Source of the DNA: Thalia democratica | Taxonomy: Eukaryota | Direction: 5' to 3' | Length of the DNA: 64,000 bases | Assembly: GCA_965202585.1 (NCBI GenBank) | Contig: OZ241827.1 | Coordinates: 57,908,001 to 57,972,000 of the forward strand | In this document: positions 25,101 through 37,100 of the stretch, piece after piece | How positions within the stretch are numbered: the first letter of the stretch is position 1 | Layout of the letters: the number at the start of each line of letters is the position of its first letter | The notes under the pieces: model-generated | The model's input: only the letters and a program-made list of their open reading frames with translations | What the model was told of the DNA's origin: nothing | Database searches by the model: none | Program-made: the position numbers and the translations under genes

Positions 25101-28100
25101 AGTTAAAGATCGCTCAGGTAATGCAATCACAAAAAAAAAATTGCTCGTTGTTATTATTAATTTTTTGTTGCAGTTTGTTTATCCATTTTTTTTAAATATA
25201 ATTGTCTCAATTAAGTGTTATAAAAGCAGTCTATATTCAAAACTTTCTATGAATCGACCAACCTAAGTTTTAGATAATAAATAAGCAAAAAAACAATCAG
25301 ACTTTTTTCATGATATATTTCAACTATAAGTTTAATAACAGTTTTTTGTGTTAAAAATTTATTTATTTTTTAAATGTTTTTTAAACTAGTCTTAAATTTA
25401 CTGTTTTGTAACACCATTAACGATAATTTTTTGTAATTATTTTTTTCAAGCAACATCAAATTATTTACAAATCGGTCATATTTTTTTCTTATTTATAAAA
25501 TATTTCTTAAAGTATTTCTTTTTGATAGTACAAACAATAATTAATAAAAACCAAATATATTTTTATCTTAAAAAAACAGCAAACTAACTGGGCTCTGACT
25601 TCACGCGATGCCTCGTTCACCAGTTCAACATACCTCCTTTTATTATTAAGCGGGAAAATACTTTCTAATGGAAGCCTTGTACCTGCATTCCCGCTTTCAA
25701 CCCCCGAGCCGTTTGATTGCGGCTTGTTGGCCGTGGAACAATCGCCGGTCGGTTGCCAAGAAACGGCGGCGACAATAAGGTTGCCGTGGAGACGCGGTTC
25801 GAGCGAAATGACAAAAACGATGACAAATTTGTATAATAAAAATATGCTGCTACTTCTAGCTGCTGACATTGTTTTCAACTTTTTGATATCATCTGACTAC
25901 TTGAACAATTACTCGGTGCTCTGCTTTGCTGGAGTTCTGCCTCATAATTTGTTGATAAGCATGCTCGTATACTTTTTTACATACAACAAGGTTTTAATCG
26001 CTGAAATGGTGATTTTGATTGATGAAAATTAATTAACAACCAGTTGGGCAGAGTCCAAGTTTTTATGCTATTTTTTAATTATGTTACTCTTACTAATAAG
26101 TTTGATAAAGCAGGAAGCTAATGAGATTAAAAATGACTACAATGTAATTCTTTTTTTATTGACGTCTGGTCGGTAATATGCGATGGAAAATTAATTAATT
26201 GTTCTTGTGTACCTTGCTTCGGGATCGGTTTTAATAAGTGCAAATTTTCACATTGTGTAATGTACGCTGTCATAGCTATTGGTGTGTCAGCAGTTATTTA
26301 GTTTGTACGTGAAGCTATAAGTTATACTAAGATTTACAAAAAAGTTTTATTGCAAGTAAAGTTTGTATACAAAACAGGTAAATCAATTTACTTTTAAACT
26401 GTAGTCCAACATACTTAAAACAATAAATAACAATTTAAGTCATTCTAGGTAAAAAAAGTCTAAGTTAATAAAAAAGCTACCTAAAACATATTACACTATT
26501 AATTTCATTTTTTGTCTTTCTGCTTTTTAGTTTTTAAAAAGTTAAAATCCGAAAAATACACAACCTAATAGAAAACTTTTACTGGTATTGTGATTTAACT
26601 TTTTTGATAGTTTGACTAATTTAAATTCGTTCTAAAGTAATTATATGGAAAGTTTCTAAACTAATCTTTATTAACCAAAGTTTAATAAACAAAATAATGT
26701 TAAAACAATACTATTTTTGTCAGCACTATAAAAACATGTTACAGTCCCTAAATTCCACCACATTCTGAAACAAACTTAAAAACAAAAATGCAAGTTCTTA
26801 GCTTGTAAGCAGAGAAAAAATTGTTTTACTCAAACATTTTCTAGTCTTACTCTGCTCTTACACAAGTTCCTATGCAAAGCCTTACATACTCAAAATAATT
26901 TGTAAGCAACGAAGTTCTAACCTTTTTTCTTTACATGGAAAGTTATCTCATGTTCGCTATTTACCTGTACTACAAATGCTGTTATTTTCTACAATTTTTC
27001 GTCTAAAACAATTGATGTAGTTTCATAAAGTTTTAATCATGTTGTTGAACTATAAAGAAGCTTTTGTTTACAAAATACTTCTGTGTAATGTTTTTAGAAG
27101 TAATCTATGTACATAGCTGTTTTAGTTTTATATAAAAGTTATCAAACTAAATAAGTAGTTTATACACGAAAGTCGTTCGAATATGTCACTAAAGTCCGTT
27201 GCTTTAATATTTTAAATGTTAAAATAAAAGTATTAAGCACTTACTATAAAACGATTGGCGTTTTAACGTTTTTAATTTTTTTTTTGTTTTGTTAAAAAGT
27301 TTTAAAAAGTTGTAAAAAGTTTAAGTTGTCAAATTATCTACAGTATAACTAAAAATAACAGTGTTCCTTTGATGTTATTTTTGTAACAAGTATTTTTTAA
27401 ATCAACTAAAAAACATTTCTGTTAATTGGATATTTTGTATCGAAATGCTTAAAGTTCAACATTAAGCCTCTTTTTAAAGATTTAAAAAGCGATTATAGTT
27501 TATAACTATTAAAATTTGTAAAGTAATTCAAAGTTGATTTAAAATATTAAAAATTTTAAGTGTCAAAATTAACAGAAAAGCAGCAAAAAATTGAATATAA
27601 ACTTTAAATGTATTTTAGGTCGCCTTCAGAACATCACTGAAAGCTTTTCAAATCTTATCAGCTGACTCAAGTTAAAGTAGTTACAAAAGAAACCCTTTTT
27701 CCCTGCTGTTTGGCGATCAAAAGATATCTAAATTGCCTACATAAAAGGTATCGTTTTGAGGCATGAATACATTGAGGTGCAACACTTCAAAGGGTGCTTG
27801 GGAAAAGTTTTGAGTGATTGAGTTTTACCAGTTTTGCACTCCTCTTAGCGTTGACAGCTTCTTACGTATTAGATCCGCTCGATAAGAGTCTCTGAAGGAG
27901 CGAGATAAAATCTCAACAGCATCAATCATAAGAGTTAAAAGTTCTGATCAAAGAAACTATATTCAAGCATACTAATGTTTATATTTTACCAAGCTTAGAA
28001 ATTAGTAAACTTATAATACAAGTTGCGTACTAACTATAAATATTTTTAGCAATACTTGTTCAATAATCTTTATAAGCTTCGTTTTACACTTTTTTCATCA

Positions 28101-31100
28101 ATTTACGAGCTTAGCCGAATACAATATTTGTTTGAAATTTTGATAAATACCAACGAGTTTTTCAAACTAAAGGTATTTCAACTTGATTTCACATGGTTTA
28201 TTCTCTTTATTTAAGTTTTGAGTTACCATTTTAAAAAATATTTGTGTTGCTTTTCCCTTGTCTATTATCGATTCAATTGCGTTTCACTTGACTTAGTTTG
28301 ATCGTAATGAAGGCTAATTCAATTTTAGTATAGTTAAGAGTGATACATGATACCTGAATACTATTACTTAAGCAGTGCGCGTTGAAAACAGGCCAATTAC
28401 ACGGCTCTTTTGTTCCCATCAGAACACTTCAACAAGGAATTGTGTCATATTTTACCTATTTTCTCTTTTTGACAAGCTCAAGTAGAAGACCTTACTTACA
28501 TTTCTCATGCAGTTTTGATTCACAAAATAGAAAAACTGCAACCAAATAGACTAAAGCAAATTAAAAAAAGTTACCTGGTTTCGTTTTCAGTCTTGAGTAG
28601 AAGGGGACAGGGGTCCCTCTTGCAGGTGGCCAGCTTCGGAAGGGGATGTTTCGATCGGTCGCATCTGCTGTCTGCTGCCAGGCGATTTGTGAGGTTGTCG
28701 TAGCAGAACGGTATCGACACCGACATTCCTGTGGAAATATGATAAGTACAATACTTTCTTTTTGATAAAACTGTTATAACTGTTTTTACTTAGATGTAAT
28801 TTAAACACTATTTTAAACTCTAATATTTGCATATATAATATCTAAACTTTTTTTACGGTCCAATGAATGCTCGCAGAAAAACACAACTTTCGTAATTCAT
28901 TGTTTACAAACAAAAACTTTTAATAATGCTGTAAATTTTGATAAAACTTTCAATGTTGAAGTAAAACTGTGTTGACAGTGTCAATTCACCGTCATTACTA
29001 GCATACTTTCACGGCTTGAAAACAGGTTATGGGCTTCATCCTTTTAAAGTCGGATCAAAGCCGCGATGTGTTTGCAACCCGATACGATAAAGGTATTTTT
29101 GCAGGTGCCGGCCCAACAACAAACAGGTGCCAGCGTATCGAGTTGTGCCGAAATTTCGAATTATCCGCTCGTAATTGCCTCGCTCCATGCCGCCAACAAC
29201 GCCAATTTGTCCGAACGACAAACGTTTTCGAATACCTGCAAATCCCTTTTCGCCCGCTTTAAGCCCTCGCTTAAACTAAGGTTTTAATTTCACATTGCTG
29301 GAGCAGTGTTCGTCTGAAATTAAGCTAAAGTGCAAACGTTAAAGTGGACAATTTGGTATCTGGACACGCAAACTTGGGTACAGACAAAAGGTAATGGCGT
29401 GCAGAAAAAGTGCTAATTGTATAATTTGTCGGCTGTTAGAAAAAATTCTGGCTTTTTGCCTTTTTTTACACGAAATGGCGCAATAAACTTTATTTTACGT
29501 TATAAATAAAAATATTATTTAAATGTCTTATAGTAGTTTTCATTGTGCATTTAAATTTACGTAATAGCAAAGTATATTTATATTTAAATTAAAGATTTAA
29601 AACTAACGTCTATCATAAGGTTAAATAAAAATTATACTTTTTATAGAATAACAAATAGTATGTTTAGGATAGAAATATTTTTAGCAATTAAAACTATTAA
29701 AAGATGCGTTACTTTTTTTCTGTTAAAACAACTTAAACAGTAATTTTTTTCCATATCATATAAATTAAATTTTGGTAGTAAAACGTTTTAGAGATTACAA
29801 GTATTTACTTGTAGCAAAATGTTATACACGGATTTCTGATCAAATAAGTATTGAAGAAAAGTTTCTAGGTAAATAAAATATGCTACAAAGCTAACTTAGT
29901 TTAAGGTTATCTCAACACGTAAAAATTTACTAAGTAGAAAAAAAATGTTACATCCATAAAAATAAATAACTAATTTATCATCGTTTTTAATTATTTTTAA
30001 AATTTATCTTAAAAGTAAATTTATGGAGACTAATTAAGCTATTAATGTAAAATATTCCAAAATCCTTTTTTAATTAGTGATAAAAATTAACAAGCTAAGC
30101 TGTATGCTACGCATCGATTTTATTAAATTATAATTTTGTTATATACATAATTTGATGATTAACGATTGAAATAAACTCAAGATCAAACAATTTTTTTTGC
30201 CTAGTTATCTCAATTACTAAACAGATTTATAAAATGTAAACATCATACCATAAGCTAATTTTAAGTAGTTTAAACACTTGTTTTATTTTAAACTAAAAAA
30301 AATATAAAAAACAAAAGTTAACAGTGTTACACATTTACATATTGAAGAGAGATTGTTAGAATACAATTTTATTAGTTTCTTATCAATCATAATTAATAAA
30401 AGTGTGAACTGTTTAGGTATAATTAATTTACGCTTTTTGAAGTTGAATTGTGATAAACACAAGTAACCAACTACTATACTGTGTATATACTTACAATATA
30501 CCTACTTGTATATTTTTTTTGTTACAATATAAACATTTTAAAGAAAATTTATTAATTAATTCTTATCTTAGGATTATTAATCTTAAACATTTTTTCGACA
30601 ATTAATACATAAAGTTTTTTATTGTCGACTACTCTTTCAAAATATTCCTATTTTATTTGTGTTTATAAAAAATATACACATGTTGTCATACTTTTACTTC
30701 TTGTTTTCTTTTTGTTTGTTATAAATTAACAGTTGTTATTGTTTTTTATAAAAAACACAGAAAGAAATATTTAAAAAAAATTATTTGGTGCCGATAAGAA
30801 TTTTTCGCATTTAATAAGAATTAGGAAAGATTTAAGTTTTAGGTCAATTTAAAATAATAAAGTATATTTAATCTGTGAAAGCTTACAGACGATTACTGAT
30901 GAATATTTTAACTAGTAACACGCGTAGCTTGCACGCGAACAATACTAAAACATTTTTATATTTTACTCATTACATTTTACAAAACACCAACCACAGAATA
31001 CAATAACAATTTTAAAGTTGTAGATAGTATACATAGACAAAATATGAAAAAATACAGTAATAAAACAACAATAGTCATATGTTTACTACCTTTTTAAATA

Positions 31101-34100
31101 TATGCAAATTTTTAGAACAAACTTAGATAAGTAGTATTTGAAACTGGTAAATCTGTGTATTTAAAACTTAAGAACTTTATTATTCTCACCAAATCCACAA
31201 GTGACGCTACAGCTTGTCCACTTGACAAATCTCCACACAAACTCCTCCTTGACAACCACCACCTCCTTATCGATCACCCTGACAACCTATATCGGCGACC
31301 CCATCGCCTCGTTCACCCGCCGATACGTGTCGAAGGGGCACAAACCCAAAAAGCATTTCTGCAAGTATTAACATTGTACAACTTTTCTTTTGTAAATAAA
31401 TTTCAATGATTGTTTAGATATAAAACAAAAAAAAAACTTAACAATTAATAAAAAAATTTTCACTAAAAAACTAATTTTCAAGTAAAGCTTCGAGTAAAGC
31501 AGTAATTCAGTCAAATTTAGACATTAGCTAGCATTAAAGTCATCTTTAAAATAAACATTTGAGAGGTTTGAGCGAAGTCCCTTTTCGGCTTTGTGATGTT
31601 TGTAAAATCTTCTCGTTTAAAAACCGGTCTTACACAAACTACAAAGCCGACAATCTCCGAAGCAAACATTACAAATTTCCTTTCGTTTGTTTAATCAAGA
31701 GGTCACAACCCAACTACAACACGAAATAAACATTTGGGGTATCGGCTCTTATCGCAACAGATAATCCAAAGTCAAACTCGGATGGCTTTAAAAATTCAAT
31801 TTAACTAGTTAGTGCTGCCGTTTAATAATGGGAAAATTTTGTTGCAAAAATTTTTTTGTTATCACTTTGTTGCCAAACAAGATTAAAATCTTTAAAAAGA
31901 ATTTCTAGTGTTTGCAAAGGTAAGTTTATGAGTTTATCTGATATATTACTCGATAAAATAAACAAAATACTCAGTGCTTTTTAGATTTAAATTTTTCTTT
32001 AAATCCTAAACTTTAGTTTACATGCTATCTTTTTAAATTGTGTATATTTAATATTGTAACAACTTATTAAGTTTAAAAATGAAAAACGATAACTAAAAAG
32101 AAAATACTTTTAAATTAGCAAAATAAAACGTAACAAAACAAAATTAAAATTTTAAATCTATAGAGTTTTAAAACAAATACTAAAACAAGTTGTAAATCAA
32201 AATAATCATAATTCGAGAAAAAAAAAAAACTGGCTCAAATATATAAAATAAGAAAAACTAACAGTAATGATTTGAACTAATTGTTAATTATATTCTTGTG
32301 AATACACTACTTTTACTAACAGTACCTTTTTTCTTAAAAACTATTTACCGCATTCTCATCCCTGATACTTTAGTTTTCAATATTTTCTTTTAAAGTCGCC
32401 ACTAGATTTTCAATATCATAAGCAATCACAAAAACTTAACCTACTCAATTCTTTTCTAATCAAACGCAAACCTCGGTGTGAACGGGAGCCGGTCCCCTGC
32501 ACCTTGGTTCGCTCTTGTACAATTCCTCCTCTTTAGTGATCCCCTCCTCCACGCATTCCACCCTCCTCGTTCTGAATCCTCCCATCCCGCAAGATTTCGA
32601 ACATGCGCTCCACTTCCTCGCCTTCCATCTGTTTTGATAAAGCTGTTTGCTAGTATAATTGTGTAAAGTGTTTAGTAACAAAGTTATGGTTTGGCATCAG
32701 CAAAAGTGCTGAGGTTTTTCGTCTCTAGAACAGACTTAAGTTAAGAAATTTTGATAGAATTTGTTTCTATTAAAAAAAAAATATCTTTAATAAAACACAG
32801 TTTATAATGAGTCTTACGAGTTAATTAGTTTTACTTTTGAACAATAAAATAGTCTATTTAAAAATAACTTCAATCATTTTATTTCAAAATATATTCAAAG
32901 ATTTATCTACTTAGTAAAACTAAAGTAACTTTAAAACTTACTTGGCAACTGGAGTGAACTTCACAACAGTTGACGGTTTTTTTTGTTTTCTTTTCTTTGA
33001 TTTTGTTTTCTGTTGTATTTTCCTGCCGTTCTTACCTGGAAAAAAAATTATTGTATTTGCTGTAGTAGAAAAGATTAATCATGTCAGTTTCAAATATACT
33101 TTTTAGTTGTCTCAAAAACTAACAACAACTTAGCTTTTTACAATAACCATAATAAGGTATCACTGAAAGAAAGCTAAAAACCGTATTTATCACATTTTCC
33201 ACTCAATTAAGTAAACTTTACATCCGCAATATTACGTCATATAAACAAAGTTAACTATTAAGCTTTGTTACTTACAGCTAATTGAATGCCTAGAGTTTTT
33301 TATACTTAAAGTAACGTTTATATATTTTAAGTGTATATTTAACTACCAGAATTTATATTGAAAACATAATATTTATTATTTTCAAAATATTATATTAATT
33401 GAAATGATAGACAAATCGAAATTATGATAAAGTTTTATGACTCATCGAGTCTGTAAACATGTTTCAAAAAGCATAATTTTACGAAATTCTAGAAGTTATT
33501 TACTCTTCTTGCAGACTTTGTTGCACTCCATTACAATGTTGGGTTGTCGTCTTGTGTCACAAATTATTGTAGGAGTCGCTCTGTTGTCGCATATGATGTA
33601 CCTGTTTCGGAATCCACTACCGCAACTAACACTACACTGTTCATTTAGTTAAACATATTAGATAATAAAGCTGGATCTGTGTCTATAGAGTAATTACAAA
33701 AAGTTTTGTGGTTATTCAAGACCATCTTATTGAATACAATTGAAGTACCCAATAAATATGTTTTTTAATAAAAGTGTCTTTTTCTTCAATAGTATTGAAA
33801 ATAATATTAAGCTGATAACTTTTTTCAATATATTTTATTTGGAAATTTTTTCAAGCTTTGTTATCCTTAAAACTATTTGTTGCAAAAAATACAAGATCAA
33901 CTTACATCGGACCAGTTTCCAACGATCCACTTCGGGCACTCGAACGTGTTGCACGCTTCAATGCTTTCCGGCTTCACAAAGTTCCCGCACTCCGACTCGT
34001 CCTCATGGATCCTGATCACATCTCCGTTGTACTTCTCCTCAACGCACCTGATCGTCCTCTGCAGCGTCCCGTTCCCGCAACTCACGCTGCAAGCTCCCTT

Positions 34101-37100
34101 CTCGATCGTCCTCCAGCTACAAAATTGAGTCTTTAGCACCACGAAGCGGAAAGATAAAATGATTACACTTAATATTATATAGTTTCTCGGTTTTTGTATT
34201 TCAAAGTTCTGTAGCGCACCCTAGCGGTAAAATAAATGTGAAAAACAACTCACGTGTGTATGCTCAAGTATTCGTAGTGTTGTTCTGGGTACTTATAGAA
34301 TCTGTTGTAATAAAAAATTAATAATTAAATTAGATTTTTAAATGTTTAAATCTATACTTTAAAAAAAATTTAAACAACATAATACTAAAATGTTCCAACT
34401 TTTGTACTTAATTATCCTTAGGCACTTTCATACAAAAAACTAATTTAAATCAAAATATTTTTACTTATATATATATATATAAAGACGTTTGCTTTGACTA
34501 TAGTTTTATCATAAACAACATACCTGGTGCCATTGATAGAGGGGCGCGCTTCCTTGCATAGGGGTAACACACATTTCACCTGGCGAATTTTAACCTCACC
34601 CAAACCCTCTTCAATACATCTGAAATCTGGAAAAACTTCTGAGCTGTTCGAAGATTTGCACACTGGCCTAATTTCTTTGTAGCCTTGATTATTGGAGTAG
34701 TGTAAAAATGTATATATTGACTTAACTTCTTTGTTTTAAATAGATAGTTTCAGAGATATTTGCTTTTTATTACTAATTGCTAATGATGTTTAAAAAAAAG
34801 TGATTTAAAATCTTAAATTTTAACTATAAGCAATAACTGAGGAAAAATTAACAACAAAAAAGATATTTTTAACGTATTGTTTTTATATTGAATAATTATT
34901 TTAATTGGTTTTGTTTTTATGCAATAGCAAAAGTTTACATAATATTGTTGAAAAAATTAAGTAAATTGAAATTTTTATCGAATATTACCGTTTATACAAA
35001 AATATATGTTGTGATTTAATTATCCAACTAATCCATTTTTATGAAATATATTCTGCATAAATTAAACTAAGTAGTTCATTTATAGGTTTTATAGTTTACG
35101 CACGATATCTTTAAAAAACTTAATTCAAACTACAATAATTTTATATTACTTTGGTTCACAAACTGCATTAATCATTTGCAACATTTTGAAAAAATAATTC
35201 TTTAAATTGAACAATTTAAAGAACAGAAATTACCGAAGACAGAAATTAACTGAACTAGTTAAGGTTTAAAGGTTTTTAGCTTTTGTCTCTTCTTTAAGTT
35301 AAAAAAAAAACAAAAACTAAAAAATTAATTTTAAAACTAGAATAACGCTTTTAATAGTTTTACAGAACAAAATTAGAATAATTTTAAATTGTATTTTCCA
35401 AATAATTTTTGTTTAGTTTAAGCTTGGCAATGAATTTTAACATTAGACTATGATAAGTTTGTTATTGGCAACTTTTATTTTAATTCTTAATATTTATTAC
35501 TAAAACTTGATGATTTTTGGACACGATACGTATATTTTATTTTTAAAGATTGCATAACTTTTATAATGTATTATTTTTTTCAGGCAGGTAAAGATATACT
35601 TTATGTAATTCATAGTTGCACAGAATGATTAATGTTACATAGAAAAATCAAAAAATACTAGAGTTTTTCACTTTGAAACTTAGTTAAGTAATTAAACAAA
35701 GTTTTAATTAATAAAAGTACATATTATAATCTTCTAATTATATGCAATGTAGATTACTTAAAAAAACCGCTTCAAAAAATTATTTTTTTTAGTATACACT
35801 TTTTATTTTTTTTGTCTTTGTTTGTGTAAAATATCTAAAAGTAGTTTAATGCTAAGTTAAATTACTTTTAAACTATAGTATATATAAACGAATTTATTAT
35901 TATTATTTTTTACAAAGCTTTTTGTTCAAGGTTCAAATGAATACAGTCAGTTTTCAAATGAATATTAAAAAAAAAGACTTGTTTGTATATCAAAAAATTG
36001 TATAATCAAATAAAAAAGCTTCTGTTGAGAATCCAGAAAACATAATAAACAAACACAACCACAATAACTAAATTATAAAAACAATCAGTAAACTGCACCA
36101 CGGTTACAAATACTAATTACTATTTAATATAAAAAGTGTGACTCACCATCGCCGCAAGTGGCCGAACATGGAGCGTGGTTGCCAGTAGCAACGGGCAGCG
36201 ACCAGATGACGGGTTTCAGTTTGTAGTATTTGTATCTGATGGTTCTGGCGCCCTCGTGCGGATGCTTGCATCCCTGAATGAACGGGCACATTCTGTTGAC
36301 CATCATCGTCTGTCGTTTTACCTAAACGTTTTCAAAGTTTTTATCTTTAATCAGCTTTAAGTTGCTTTGATACTTTGCTAAACTTTAAAAGATTTAAAGA
36401 ACCAGAAACTACTTGCTACGTTGCAAGATTTTTGTTTGTTGTATACATTTATATATTTTTTGTTAGTAGTTTGTAAATGTTAGTGTACTTAATTTTTTTA
36501 ACTTGCCATATAATATTTTTTTTATGTCCAAAAAATGTTAAACATAACTTTTTGTAAAATTTCCAAAGTATAACTTTTACTTGTATGACGATGAATTATG
36601 TTTAAATAGCTGTTTTTTTATATTTATAAAAAATTCTAAAAAGTTTATTTCTGCCAAGTCTTATAAACTTACTTACTATGTTAACTATTACCAAGCACAT
36701 TATACTAACAGTATTAAGGTAGTTACCTAGTTTGTTTGTTTTTTAACTATCATTGACAGTTAAACTTCATAAAACAATTTATGTTTTAAAGGTTATGCAA
36801 ATTCAAATTTTTCTTTATACTTGATACTTCTACGCTGATTTAGGATAAAATATTGCTAAATAAAAGTAGTTTTTTACATTAACTTTAACTTTTTGTATGC
36901 CTTAAAATATATTAAAGTCAATTAAAATATCGTAATAAAAGCAAATTTTAGTTTAGTTAAATTAGTTTAGCTTAAAGTTAAAGAATTTCATAATGTATAA
37001 ACATATTTATAATAAAGAAAAATAACTTCCAGTTAGTCATTTCAAATTTAACAAATGGAAAGTTTTAATTTTTTAATTAGTTTTCGAGGTTCTTAAGTTT

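Noticed and set aside
25724-26032. Nested plus-strand gene in intron 18
   Set aside because: Antisense shadow of the alternative first exon and its leader; no domain.
31287-31289. Genome-wide stop-codon reassignment, selenocysteine or pyrrolysine
   Set aside because: Only one internal stop in about 1700 codons; Gln uses CAA/CAG; TAG also ends the gene normally; Sec needs TGA; Pyl is not known in animals.
35251-35270. U12-type intron before the microexon (CCTTAAC branch-like)
   Set aside because: The upstream donor is GTGAGT (U2 type), not GTATCCTT.
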